From assembly GCA_963514005.1 (NCBI GenBank), contig OY740787.1, positions 34,596,001 to 34,660,000 on the forward strand: DNA of 64,000 nt, written 5' to 3'. A model generated the notes under the pieces. The model saw only the letters and a list, made by a program, of their open reading frames with translations, ran no database searches and had not been told where the DNA came from. This document shows, one piece after another, positions 25,270 to 38,219 of the stretch. A program made the position numbers and the translations under genes. Each line of letters starts with the position of its first letter. Within the stretch, counting starts at the first letter, position 1. This DNA is from Raja brachyura (taxonomy: Eukaryota).

Positions 25270-26257
25270 GTCTCCACCGACCCTCGCCACTCCATCGCCC
25301 ACCTGTGGGCTGCAGCCGTCACCTTACCCGAGTTCCAGGCTCAGCACCAGGCCCACAGTCTCCATGATGCAGACTCCCACTCCACGTGGTCTGACTGTGC
25401 TGGGTCCTACTGCTCCCCCCCCACCCCTCCTACAGGGAACCTTAGTGGGGGTTACACTAGTTCTTCCCCTTCCCTTTTAACCAGGTGGCCCCAGCTACTC
25501 CCCACCCATACAATAGTCCTCATGCCCCCCTCATCTCTGAACACCCACCAGACATCACCTCAGCCTCCATCTACTCACCTGCCTTCCTCTGACCCCCACC
25601 CTTGCCATGTGTTCACCATCCGCTCTGACCTCCCCCTTTCTGATATGCAATGGTCTGTCCTCAGCAGAGGCCTCACCTTTGTTCCCCTCCACCCCCACCT
25701 CAATGAGTTCCAGGTCTGTCACGATGTAAAGATCTTCTTCCGTCGCCTCCGCCTCCATGCCTTTTTCTATGGGAAGGAGTCCTCACCACCCAGTGATGAC
25801 CCCTTCTCCTGTCTCCACCAGACCCCCTCCTCTTAGTGTCCCCCGAATGGCTCTCTACCTTCTTTAGACCTTTTTGTTTCCAACTGCCAGCGGGACATCA
25901 ATCGCCTCAACTTTTCCACTCCCCTTACTTACCCTAACCTCTTCCCCCCTGAATGTACAGCCCTCCACTCACTCTGCAGTGACACCAACTGGATAATCAA
26001 ACCTGCCGACAAGGGAAGTACCGTGGTAGTATGGTGCGCTGACCTCTACCGGGCCTAGGCCAGGAGACAACTCTCAGACACCTCCTACTTAACCTTGGAC
26101 CATGACCCCACAGACGAGCACCAGACCGTAATATCACACACCATTCTATTTTTAAATAAGATCAGTCTGAAGAAGGATCTCGACCCAAAACGTTACTCAT
26201 TCCTTCTCTCCAGAGATGCTGCCTGACCCGCTGAGCATCTGCAGTTGTTTCATACAC
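25270..26257 (+). mobile_element. Internally deleted Penelope element (RT N-terminus joined to pLTR), 12-bp TSD
   Basis: VLSRGLTFVP...FFRRLRL...IIKPADKGSTVVV PLE motifs; pLTR at 26162-26257; aaaagaaaacaa at 25258 and 26258. Confidence 0.85.
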
Positions 26258-26822
26258 AAAAGAAAACAATACTCTTATTTCAAAATATATTAACCAGCGA
26301 GATAACCAGTAAATGTATTAACCTACTAAATAGTGGACATAGAGCTGATTTTTAAAATGTAATTCAGTCTATTTGCTGAAAACAACCTTGACATTTTGTA
26401 TATGCAATTCAACCTTAGTAGAAATTTAAAATAAATAAATGCAACGAGGATATAGCATGAATTACACAATTCTCCTTTTGGGATTTCCCAAATGGGGCAT
26501 CTGACATTACCACATGGAGAAGACTGGACAAGCACCACTCCTGGACACCACTTCCATAGTTTTTATCCCTGCAGGTGCAACCCACTCCTTCCATGGGTAC
26601 AGTAACAGAGCCAGGTATTTGAAGCATGTGGCAATAAACTAAACTGAAATAAACTGTAGAGTACCTGACGATTTTCCCAACACAGAGCCTGGGATGTTCC
26701 TTATACGAGTCCCTTTAAAGTAATTAACATACGTGGTTGTCCCATCATTCCTCCACCATACTAATAGACACTCCTTCCCTCTCCTGTGCTCACTGCACCC
26801 ACTGACTCTTGTCTCATACACT

Positions 26823-28860
26823 GATCTGAATTGAATTGAATAAGTTAATTGGCCAAGTATGTTCATATACAAGGAATTAGCCTTGGTGCTCCGCTCACAA
26901 GTGACAGCATGACATACAGTGACAATTAAGAATTGTCTTTATTAAGAATGACAAATAAAACATTAATAATAAAACATTATCGATTAAACGTGAATTAAAT
27001 AAAATACCAGAGCAAAAGGGGGCTACAGACTTTTGGTTATTGAGTAGTGCTACTACTCGTGGAAAAAAGCTGTTTTTATGTCTGGCTGTGGCAGCTTTGA
27101 CAGTCCGGAGTCGCCTTCTAGAGGGAAGCAATTCAAAGAGTTTGTGGCCAGGGTGAGAGGGGTCAGAGATGATCTTACTGGCCACTCGCTTCCTGGCCCT
27201 TGCAGTGTACAGTTCGTCAATGAAGGGAAGGTTGCAGCCAACAACCTTCTCAGCTGATCAAACGATTCGCTGCAGCCTTGGGATGACGTGCTTGGTGGCT
27301 GAGCCAAACCAGACCATGATGGAGATGGTGAGGACAGACTCTACGATGGCCGTGTAAAATTGGACCTGTAGCAGATTGTGTTTCCTCAGCTGCCGCAAGA
27401 TGTACATCCTCTGTTGTGCCTTTTTGACTGTGGAGTCGATGGTCCCCCCCAATTTAAGGTCATTGGGGATGATGGTTCCCAGGAACTTAAAACACTCCAT
27501 AGATTCCCCCCCTCTCTGGATCAGTCCAATCAGGGTTGTGTCATTCGCAAACTTGAGAAGCTTGACAGAGGAATCTGTGGAAGTGCAGTCATTGGTGCAG
27601 AGAGTGTAAATGAGAGGGGAGAGTACGCAACCTTGCGGTGCTCCTATGCTGAGGGTCTGCGTGTCTGAGATGTGCTTTCCCAGCCTTACATGCTGCTTTC
27701 TGTCTGTCAGGAAACTGGTCATCCACTAACAGAGGGGTTCAGGCACAGTCAACTTGGAGAGTTTGGATGTAGTAGCTCTGGCACAATGGTGTTGAGTGTA
27801 GAGCTAAAATCAACAAACAATATCCTCGCAAAGGTCCCCTGATAGGTGCTGGAGGATGAAGTGCAGGCCCAGGTTGACTGCATTATCAACAGATCTATTG
27901 GCCTGGTATGCAAACTGGTATGCAGAGGGTCCAGCAGGGGGTTAGTGATATTTTTCAGCTTGGCCAGCACGTCTTTCAAGGGTCTTTATGACTACAGAGT
28001 CCAGTGCAACAGGTCTGTAGTCATTAAGACCAGTAGTCCTTGTCTTTTTGGGTACAGGGTCACTAGTGGAGACTTTGAAGCAGGTAGGAACAGTACAGGT
28101 TTGCAGGGACTGGCTGAAAATGTCTGTGTAGACCGGTGCCAGTTATTCACAGAGCTTGAGAGTAGAGGGGGAAACATTGACCGGTCCTGGAGATTTCCGG
28201 CTTCTCCGTATTCTGAATAGCCTCTCCACCACCTCAATTTCTATTGTTGGTGATGGAGAAGTGGCCAGATTGATGTTGGGCAGCACAGAGGGGGTGGCTA
28301 GTGGACAGGTCTTTTGCAGTCAGGCTGTAAGTGGATGTTACGTGGTGTTTGGAGAGGGGCGAGTGGGAAAGCGTCCAGTTTTTGCAGACTGGAGTCAGGC
28401 TACGAGTAGGTTTGAAGTGTTGGTTGGGGAAGGGGGGGGGGGGGGGGGGAGGGGGTACCCATGGTCAAGTTTCTGTTTATCGAACCGGCAGCAGAACTCG
28501 TTCAGGTCATTGGGCAGCTGACGATTGTCCAAAGAGCGGGGGGCTTTCCTCTTGTAGCTGGTGATTTCTTGAAAGCCCTTCCAAACTAAAGAAGAGTCAC
28601 AAGCTGAGAACTTGCTCCCCAGAGTACCTTTCCTTGGCAGCTCTGATTCCTCTTCTCAGCTTTTACTTTGCCTGCCTGTAGAGATCTACATCCCTGCCCC
28701 TGTTGGCCTCCTCTTTAGACTGGCAGAGCTGTCTGAGTTCTGCTGTAAACCAGGGCTTGTTGTTGTTGAACCAGGTCCGGGTCCTAGTTGGAATGCAACT
28801 GTCCTCACAAAAGCTGACAGATGATGTTACTGTGTCATACTGATCATACTCCCCATTTAG
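26823..28860 (-). mobile_element. Rex1/Babar LINE, 5'-truncated
   Basis: NNKPWFTAELRQL, ARILFVDFSST, GAPQGCVLSP, KFANDTTLIGLI, DPSHPGHKLFELLPSRRR; (attca)n tail near 26825-26840. Confidence 0.9.
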
Positions 28861-28921
28861 CATTTACACCCTGATGGACAAACCCATTCCTCTGACTTTT
28901 AATTGCCTCCAGCTACCTACC

Positions 28922-29062
28922 TTCTTCTTCTTCTTTCGTGTGGCGTGCACAGCCTAAAGTTGTTGGACAACTTGTTCTATTTGATCTTCCATTTGTGCAT
29001 GTTCAGTTGATTGCATTAGTCGAAACAGGGTGGACCATGTGAAGGTTGCAATCTTCCACCCC
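28922..29062 (-). mobile_element. 141-bp SINE-like retroposon with (GAA)n tail and ribozyme head
   Basis: TSD agctacctacc (28911-21) / agctatctacc (29063-73); (ttc)n at 28922-28935 is a (GAA)n tail; no tRNA A/B boxes seen. Confidence 0.85.
29009..29062 (-). ncRNA. Minimal HDV-like (delta) self-cleaving ribozyme
   Basis: Reverse strand GGGGTGG-aa-GATTGCA-ACC-ttcacat-GGT-CCACCCT-g-tttcga-CTAA-TGCAATC: 7-bp P1 with first G.U, 7-bp P2, 3-bp P3, 7-nt L3, P4 reduced to a UUCG loop, catalytic C in J4/2. Confidence 0.85.
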
Positions 29063-29525
29063 AGCTATCTACCATACCGATTATAATCCATGGCTATTAA
29101 CTATTCTAACCTTTTAAGCCGATGAAGGGCCTCAGCCCTCATTCCTACATCTCTAACTTCCTTTCGGCTCCCCAGATCTGAACCCAGGTGTATTTGATTT
29201 CCATTGCATGTTCTGTAGTAATAGGGCATCTAAGGCTACAATGCCTTGGGCAGTGAATTTCCCAGCAGTAGGTTGCCTTTTGAAGTATCTGGAACCCTTT
29301 TTGTGTGTATATTCACAAAATGAGTATGTTTTTACAGAGTAAAGAGTGCACCATAAAAATAACAAAAACATACCTGAGACCATAAGGACATCATTCAGAT
29401 ACATGTTACCATTTCATGACCGTGATGCTTTTAACCTCATATTGGGCTTGTATAATACACTTTGTGCTGAATACAAAAGCTGGCTGTGTGGACCCAGCAT
29501 ATGTTATTAAGCTGTGACCTCAACA

Positions 29526-29650
29526 TGTGTAAGAAGGAATTGCAGATGCTGGTTTAAACTGAAGATGGACACAAAAAGCTGGAGTAATTCAGCGGGACAA
29601 GCTGCAACTCTGGAGAGAAGAAATGGGTGGCTTTTCAGGTCGAGACCCTT
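29526..29650 (-). mobile_element. Penelope pLTR fragment
   Basis: tgtgtaagaaggaattgcagatgctgg...caggtcgagaccctt is the reverse complement of the pLTR. Confidence 0.7.
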
Positions 29651-29964
29651 CATGTGGTCAGTATTGGATTTAACTTGGCTCTTCTAATTCAAATACTGTG
29701 AACTAAAGCCGTCCTTTGAAAAAAAAAAAAAACACTTTTTTATAATTTAGACAATAGGTGCAGGACTAGGCCATTCGGCCCTTGTAGCCAGTACCGCATT
29801 GTAAATTTAAATTGTAATTGGAAATTTATATTTGGAAGGCAATGGAAGAGAACAACTTAATAATGTTGTGTTAAATAAAAATGTGTCTGAAATAGCTTTC
29901 AACACTTTCTGGCAATTCTGAAGAGAGTAATTCACAGCAACATAACAGCTTTTCAATATACAAA

Positions 29965-30181
29965 CTATTTGCAGAATTAATGGATCAGGCAACATCTGTG
30001 GAGAGAAATGGACAGTCAACGTTTCGGGTCGAGATGCTTCCTTTTCCTCAGTCCAGAGAAATGCCAGGGACCTAAACATCGACTACACATCTCCCTCCAC
30101 AGATGCTGGCTGACCCACTGAGTTCCTCCAACAGGTTATGTTTGTGCTTCAGATTCCAGCATTTGCAATCTTTCATGTCTC
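29965..30181. mobile_element. Inverted pLTR pair
   Basis: caggcaacatctgtggagag...cgtttcgggtcgag, then ccacagatgctggctgacccactgagttcctcca. Confidence 0.65.
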
Positions 30182-30366
30182 CAGCCTTTCAACATTTATG
30201 GGTACAATTTAGGGTTTAGGATTTCTTTTCAAAACATCTGACGTTATGTCCTAATAAAGTTAATACTCTAAATTTACACAAAGGAGCAAAATAATATTTC
30301 ACTTTTGTATTTCTGATAAATACCTTGGAAACAGCCTGAAAGATGTGGTGACCTATATAAACCCTT

Positions 30367-30643
30367 TTATCCATTGCATTGTCTCATTTTCATTGATTCA
30401 GTCACATGCACGTTGCTAAGATGATCTAGTTTTGCTGAGACAATATTCATTTCTACATATGTTCTCAGTGTAAGATCATAATTCAATGTGCAAGGGATCC
30501 AATACATATCAGGGAATATTCTTCCCCCCTGGCACAGAAGTTTGCAAACAATGCCAGAAGACGTTATTGGCATTTGCAGTAACTCCATATTTTTGCAATT
30601 CTTTTGATGTTGCAAATGAAAAGTGATAACAGATATGCATCAG
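30367..30643 (-). pseudogene. Candidate decayed exon, end of ZP-C-like domain
   Basis: Acceptor ttgatgtag, then LMHICYHFSFATSKE...NNVFWHCL (frameshift) KLLCQ...IPC, resembling the ZP-C F.F....V.LHC...LC motif. 3' boundary uncertain. Confidence 0.4.
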
Positions 30644-30857
30644 CTACATCAATGCAAGGAATAAGTAATTATTATCAGAAGCACCACACAATTCTTAATT
30701 CCAGTGTATGAGATAATTCATCAACGATATATCTGTCAGATAATTCCTTTTGCACTCTTGATTCAACTTAGTCCACACATAATGAACACTTTCAAAACCT
30801 ATCCAAGCCATTTTTTAATGCATTTGGAGAATGAAAAAACAAATTAGAACACCTTAC

Positions 30858-31069
30858 TTAAATGCTATGATGACATTGCAATATTTCCTTCATGTTTGTT
30901 CTTGTCAACTCCTCTAGGTTACCTCTTGCACTTGGCTCAAGACATGGTCTGTTAAGTACTGGTGTATAACAAATAGGCTGCAGGTAACAGAAGGGAAATC
31001 TCAACCCATGGACCTCCCAAATGGCCGACAGATCATTGTTGGAAGAACTTTTACAGTTTCTAAATGTAT
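30858..31069 (-). pseudogene. Candidate exon, ZP-C-like (CY.TP motif)
   Basis: Acceptor aaatatcag; open frame TFRN...DLSAIWEVHGLRFPFCYLQPICYTPVLN...HSI* ending at donor gtaagg; phase-compatible with the candidate exons on both sides. Confidence 0.45.
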
Positions 31070-32020
31070 CTGATATTTAGAAATAATTGAAATATGTGAA
31101 TGTGAATCATTATAATAAATATTAAAAGAATAAATACACAACACTCAAATTGATTTAAATTAATTAAAACATTGTTGTAAATGAGTAAAGTCAAACCACG
31201 TAGTTGTGATTATCTTTTTATTGGGTTGTGAAAGATCTGCTAACCACAGCTGCTACAAACCAATGGATCCAGATACAAATTGTATCCACCCCATCAGCTC
31301 AGAACTTTCTGAAATACCAATGGTTCTTTATTGTCACATATGCACAGCTCAGTGAAATTCTTTTGCGCAACCCACAAATGCACAGTCACCATATTTTGGT
31401 GCAGTTTACAAAGAAACAGTCTAAAGTCCAAGTCCAGTCCACATGTTCAAAGTACTGAGGCACCCCTGATCCCTATAAGCCCTTATCCAGATAAGTCTAG
31501 GTAAGCCCAGGCTGCTGCAGGCCCCAGACCCAACATCCCTCTCCCTGCCCAGCCATCTCTGTATTACAGGGGCACCTCCTGTAGCCAACCTTAAAGGAGC
31601 TGGAGGCAATATTCCGGTCCCTCTCATACTGGCCCACTCCATGAGTCCATCATTGCCAACGGCCCCCTCCTCGACTTTCCAGTCTTCGGGGCTTCCGAGC
31701 ATCCCCCTGTAGGCAGCAATCAGTTCTTCAGTCTCAGTGACCACTGGGTCTTGTCCGTTGCGGCTCCCAGGTGCATTCTCATTCACGGCCAGCCACGGTT
31801 GTTCGCTGGGGAAGAGCATGCTTATCCTTATCTTACCTACAACTTGTTCTATACCTCTAAGCTGCTGTGCTCAGATGCAGAATTCTGGAACTTCATGAAC
31901 ACCTATTCTAGGCACTTAAAGGTCCTCTATTGCACTGCTGATTAGCCATCAGCAAAATGCAAAGATAGACCTGTGATTCCTATCTAAAGCTTTGGGATAT
32001 TTTTCTGCTTTAAATAATTG

Positions 32021-32345
32021 GCTGGCACAGTTTGCGTAGCTGGTAGAACTGCTGCCTCACAGCTTCAGAGGCCTGGGTTCGATCCTAACCTCAGATGCTG
32101 CCTGTGTGGAGTTTGCATATTCTCCCTGTGACCACATGTGTTTCTATCAGGTGCCCGGGTTTCCTCACACATCCAAAAGACGTCTAGGTTTGTAGGTTAA
32201 TCGGCCTCTGCAAATTGCCCCGAGCATGTTGCGAGAGGATGTAAAAGTAGGATAACATTGACCTAGTGTGAATGGGTGATCAACGGTCAGCGAGTACTTG
32301 GAGGTCTGAAGGGCCCGTTTCCATACTGTCTTTCCATCAATCAAT
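32021..32345 (+). mobile_element. tRNA-derived HE1/V-type SINE
   Basis: tRNA-like head with B box gggttcgatcc, V-domain core gtgtggagtttgcatattctccctgtgacc, CR1-like tail ending (tcaa)n. Confidence 0.85.
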
Positions 32346-32652
32346 TACTTCAACAGATGTATATATGAGCACAATTGATTCCAGAGATACATCATCCACT
32401 GTTAGTTTTTAACAGAACACAAACCTTAGGATCAAAATATAGATTTATCTGATTAAGTAACCACAAAGAAACAGGCTCAAAAAGTAAATGGAAATAACAG
32501 TAAATGAAGAGTGAAATAAATGGTTTTACCAGTTGCAAACTTTCATATGTATCCAGGATATATGGTAATATTCTTGAGAGACCTGATGATTAATAACTGC
32601 ACGTTATTCCCATAAGCAGGATTCACATCCATTACATGCCAGAATGACTTAC

Positions 32653-32771
32653 ATTTTCCTTGTCTTCTTATGTGATGGCATAATCCATGGTATATAAAAC
32701 CGTCTGAGTTTAGCTGCACACTCAGTGTGGAGATTTTTTTAAATCTTCCCTGAGGTGGAAACAGCTTTATC
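32653..32771 (-). pseudogene. Candidate exon (119 nt), start of ZP-C-like domain
   Basis: aaacag acceptor, gtaagt donor; only one open frame, IKLFPPQGRFKKISTLSVQLNSDGFIYHGLCHHIRRQGK. Confidence 0.45.
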
Positions 32772-35245
32772 CTGTTTAGATTTGATTGAGTAAAGTCCAT
32801 TACTTCCCAGCTAGGTTGAACCAGTGGTCTTAATTGTTAGATCTGTCATGAGTATTTGTCCCAAATGTTCCAAGATTCTGAATTAGAGGAGTCAATGCTG
32901 GGTATAGCAAACTTTCTGAAAAAGTTATGCAATTTCAATTGCTTTGCATGAATCTTATTAAAGTCCAGATAGTTTGACTATAAGTTTCCAAAAGTCCCAT
33001 TAAATTGTAATCTAAAGTGAATGAGAGTAGTGACCGAACACGAAGAAGGTGCTTTACTCGAGGTTTTTTTACTCAAGAAATCAAAATATAATATGGAGAC
33101 ATTTATCATGTTCGGTATATAAATAATGCACAAAAAGAAACATGATATCTTGCAATTTATTTAGTCAGAAACTGCTAAATAAGTTCAAAATGTAATTACA
33201 TTGTTTTCAACTCTATTAATTTGGAATTAAAGATTTTTTGTTTTTATTACGTCATTTTCCAAACTATATATTTTTTGTTTCTTTCTTTAAACCTTTATTA
33301 GAAGTTCCAACCAAGCACCAATCATTAAAATCAAATGCCTCGATTGTAACTGAGGATGGATGTTTGTCAAAAGTCTGTGCATTGTGGATCAAAGAGATTT
33401 CAACTCATATGTGCTGTCTCTATATTTAAGTTCTGACACCCAGCTTGAACACATTTGGAACTGTATGATTAGCGATCACCAGCAGGAACTGTTTGGCAGC
33501 AGGCCACTAGTGGAGATCTGTGGGAGCAGAGGAGGTGCTGAGGTAGTAATAGTGGGAAGAGTGAGGGGGCAGAGGGTGTAGGATTACTTCAATGGTGAAT
33601 GCAATCAGGAGATAAAATACCCTATGTCAAGTGAAGTCTAAACATCCCTTGTGGGTACATTGAGGATCACATGCTAAAATGTATTCAAGGCAATTTTCCC
33701 TTGCTCAGGCTTTGGGTTGCTATAGTGGATTCAATCTCAACAGTACCATTGAAGCCAGGTGTACACAATGGGTGGATGCTCTTGTTACCCACAACTTAAG
33801 GTCCATGGGTTGTCAATTGACTTGGTATTTCAATTTTTCATTTTAATTGTCCCTGCCTGGCATCTACCATCTAGGGATGAAGTGGGGAAATCTGAGTTTA
33901 ATTTTATTATCAATTCTAGAACTTCCTTTTATAGTTTTATATCCTTAAATAAGAAATCAATACTTTTACTTATATGCAGCATAATAATGGATGAATATCC
34001 TTTAAAAAAAGATATTCTTTTTTTTTTAAATCCTTTAAAATAATTTTCTTTAAAAAAAACTTAACATTTGTCCTGAAGGTTTGTTTATGAAATAGGACAG
34101 GCATTTTTCAAATGAACCTATTTCCTTCAATTATCATAAAGAATGATGTTTGATATCTGTACTTAATAAATACTGCCAACATGCAAGCACAATTCTGTTC
34201 GGATGTTTTAACCTCTCTTATTTTTGTAATGTTAAACAAGTTTGACGACTGAACATCAAGACCTCAGTTAATTTTCTCAGTGGATTAGTTGAGAAATTGA
34301 AGGGCAGAGAAACATGCTGGCCTGTGTTCATACAATCTGGTGTTACATCATGACCTTTCCTCCTTTAGAGATTTCATGGATTAAGGTTTCTTTCATGTCA
34401 GTTTCTCAAAACTAATCCAACACTTTCACAAAGTTAAACCAGCATTTCCTGATTTATCTTTTAAGTCTAATAAACACAATAAAATGGGATTTAACCTTTA
34501 ACAGAGGATTTCTTTGTTTTCTTTCCCATAATTTCTTCAAATAGTCCTTGTAATAGCCAGAAATGAAAAACCAACAGTTAATGCCCTCATTACTGATTTA
34601 CACATTATAGAGCCACACATTTATATTGCATAACTACATAATGCATCTGGTGACATTTAGCATTATGAAAAAGTTAATACAAAATATGTCAATTTGAAAA
34701 GAATGGCCTTTAAATGTAATAGCAATCTCGAGGCTGACTTTCAAAACTAATTTGGGGTCACAACTTTTTCAATGAGTATCACATATTTCAATATCTGCTA
34801 TTTTCAAAGGATTTATGGCTTCAATATATAAAATGCAAAGCAGTGGAAGCCAATATTAGGCAGAATATAAATACTTGCTAATAGAATAAATAGGCAAACA
34901 TTAAAACATATCACAGCTGTATAATTAAAATAAATTACTGGCATATTGTCAAATCATTTTTTTTTCAGAATCTGATATTCTAGCAAAGGTTTCTTACTAT
35001 CATTTAGCAAATAGACAGTTAAGCTAATCTGGAAATAAGAGAGGAAATGATAATCATTGGTCAAATAAATTAAGCACAGCTTAACATTATTCCTGGCTAA
35101 TGTGAAATAGGGAGCTGCTTAACAGAAGCACGGAAAGGATGATCAAAATTGCTGGTCCTTAACAGGGAACAAAGGTAGAGCTTGCAATGCAGGAAGTACT
35201 AACCAGACAACACAGCATTTTGTAACAGAACCAGTATGTCTAAGA

Positions 35246-35608
35246 GGCGGCACAGTGGTGCAGCGATAGAGTTACTGCCTTACAGCACCAGTGACCTGGG
35301 TTCAATCCTGACCTTGGGTACTGTCTGTATGGAGTTTGTACATTCTCCTTGTCACCGTGTGCGTTTTCTTCAGGTGCACCGATTTCCTCCCACATTCCAC
35401 AGATGTGCAGGTTTGTAGGTTAATTGGCTTCTGTAAATTGTATCCTATCCCAGTGTGTAGGATAATGTGATAACCTTGTGTGTAGGACAGAACTAATGTA
35501 CAGGTGATTGTGTTTGGCATGGGCTCAGTGGGCCGAAGGGGCTGTTTCTGTGTCATATCATTAAACTGAACTGAACTAAACTAAACCTAACTTAACTAAA
35601 ATAAACTA
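35246..35608 (+). mobile_element. tRNA-derived HE1/V-type SINE
   Basis: ggcggcacagtggtgcagcg head, B box gggttcaatcc, V core, (aaact)n tail. Confidence 0.9.
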
Positions 35609-36719
35609 ATGCCTGGTATTCAGGGACCCTCGATACAATGATGAACTCTTAGTGTCATTAAGCAGTCGGAATCAATACCAAGTACATATTTCAGAATAAA
35701 CCTCTGTTGCTACGAAAATTGTTCTCTCAAAAGATACTTGGAGATACTTGTCAATAGTGGATCAATCACAGTGGTCCCCTTAACCTTGGAAAAAACAAAT
35801 TCTGATAATCTGACTGTTTGGCAAAACATCTTCATTTGGTCTGCATAGATGACAATAAGCTTCAGGTTTTGACTGTCACTTTATTTCTCTATCTTTCTCC
35901 CACTCTAACATATCTGGAATTTTCTGCATGCTTTTCATGAAACCCAACGTTATTTTCAGGAGAAGCACTGCATCTTCTGACCTGTCACATTTCGGTCCTT
36001 ATTGTTGAATTCAACAATTTCAGAGAACCAACATTTCCAGTTTGCATCAGAACTGGCCATATTTACAATATTTAATATTCCACTTTAGTTTCAATTTCAG
36101 TTCCTGATAAGCTATTCCTTTTTTCTGTTACTCTGCCTCTGATTACATTAATCTTCTCCTATTTACATTTCCTCTGGACAATTATTTGCAAATAACCACT
36201 CATTGCCACATTTTTTTACAGCTCATGTCGTTACCACTTGTGTCATTTCATATCTTCTAGTCCCCCATCCCGATCACAAACATTTTCTTTGGCTTATCCT
36301 TGTCTTCCTCTTGTCTGAACTTGAAAACCATGATTTCCAGTTCTGGCAAAAGTCCATTGACCTAAATTGCAACGGTTTTCCTCTCCACACTTGCTATCTT
36401 AAAATAAGTTTATTGGCCAAGAATGTTTACATCCAATTCTTTGTATGTAGACATACTTGGCCAATAAACTTATTCAGTAATTTATTTCTTTATTTATTCA
36501 TTCATTCATTCACTATTTCTTTGGAGACCCAAGGATCTGCAGATACAGGAACTACCAACTGCAGTTGCAGGAACTCGCAATTGCAGATGGTAGAGCATGT
36601 TCAATGCTGACTTCAGATGTTATTTGTGTGGAATTCACAAATTCTCCCTGTAACTATGTGAGTTTCCCCCGCATAATCGAAGCTCTGATTTCCTCCCACC
36701 TCTCAAAGATGTGCAGGCC

Positions 36720-37375
36720 TGTTTTGTCTCCTCACCTTTTCCTCTTTAGTGTCATCTCCAAACTTACTAATCATGTCTTGTACATTCTCATCCAAATCAT
36801 TGATATAGATGACAAACAGCAATTAGACTAGCCCCGACCTCTGAGGCAGACCTACTGTCTGAAAAACAATGATTTTGGTTCCTCCCTCTGCTTCCTGCCA
36901 TGAACCTTAATTCTGCATCCAGTTACCTAGCTCTGTCTGAATCCCATGCAATCTAATCTTCCAGTGGAGCCTACCATGCAGAACTTTATCAAAACCTTGT
37001 AGAAGACTATATAGACTATGTCTACAGCTCTGCCTGCCTCATCAACTTCCTTGGTTACTTCTTTGAAAAACAGTCACATTTGTGAGACATGATCTCCCGC
37101 ATACAAAACTACAGTACAAAACTCTCCCCAATCAACCCCGTTCTTTCCAAATGCATATATATTTATCATTCAGAATCCTTTCCAGTAACTACTCTGCCAC
37201 ATAAATAAGGCGTCTATAATTCTCAGAATGTTCTTTGAAGTACTTCTTAAAAGCATAACATTAGCCCCCTTCCAATCTTCTGGCAGCTCAACTGTTTCTA
37301 ATAATGGTTCATATATCTCTGCCAGGGCTCCTGCAATTTCTGCTCTAGTTTCCCAGTATCCTTGGATATACCTGG
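36720..37375 (-). mobile_element. Degraded CR1 RT fragments
   Basis: Reverse-complement remnants of the AVDIVY...FDKV, FVIYINDL and KF.DDTK regions. Confidence 0.6.
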
Positions 37376-37409
37376 TAACATTTATCTGCCTTCATATTTT
37401 GTTTTTGTT

Positions 37410-37660
37410 TTTTAGAGCTACAGCGAGGAAACCTACCCTTCGGCCCACCGAGCCCCTGCTGACCAGTGATGACCTGTACACTACTTCTATCCTACACAAT
37501 GGGGACAATTTGCAGGAGTTACAATTAACATACAAACCCGCACTTCTTTGGGATGTGGGAGGAAACTGGAGCACCGTGAGAGAAAACATGTGGTCACAGG
37601 GAGAACGTACAAACACTGTGCAGACAGCACTTATAGTCAGGATGAAACCCGCGTTTCTAG
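37410..37660 (-). mobile_element. HE1/V-type SINE fragment
   Basis: Reverse strand gctgtctgcacagtgtttgtacgttctccctgtgaccacatg V core and tail. Confidence 0.8.
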
Positions 37661-38219
37661 TGTTGGCTTGAGTGGCCTGCCAGAAGAGGTGGTGAGATTG
37701 GATACAATCACTATGTTTAAGAGGCGTTTCAACAGACATGTAAATAAACTAGGCATGGAAGGATAATGTCCAATATGGTAAAAGAGATTAGTGTAGGTGG
37801 GCAAAAGGTTGGCATAATTATGGTGGGCCTGACTCCATGTTGTACAACTCAATGACTCTATGCTACCTCCGACTGTCTTGATATACTGATGTTGTTTTAC
37901 ACTCAGCACTAGCCTATTCTCTTTATTGTTTAAGAGTAAAAGCCTTGAATAATTTCAGCAACTATTGTCGTGACAGGTGATGCAAAGATTTTTTGGGTTT
38001 TTGTAACCAACTCATGCTCTGATTCAATGCGGTCGCAAGAGAGCCAGGTTCATACTCCTTTTCACTAACTATTCTTCAACCAAACTGTTACAAAACACAA
38101 CACATCAGGGAGCTGAGATGACATCGTAAATATAAATGCAGAGCCCAAGCAGTTTACTAAAAGTATTTACCTCAACTCTAGACATGGAACATATATTTCG
38201 GGTGACTTATTCCCTATAT

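Noticed and set aside
29375-29470. AG/GT-bounded minus-strand segment as another ZP-locus exon
   Set aside because: Stops in all three frames and no recognisable motif.
31320-31820. GC-rich minus-strand ORF (132 aa), and the similar block at 49000-49530
   Set aside because: Both end in a Rex1-like gtgacaat tail, so they are probably non-autonomous repeats; I could not assign a family or a fold.
35246-35320. tRNA gene
   Set aside because: It is the tRNA-derived head of a SINE, continuous with the V core and CR1-like tail.
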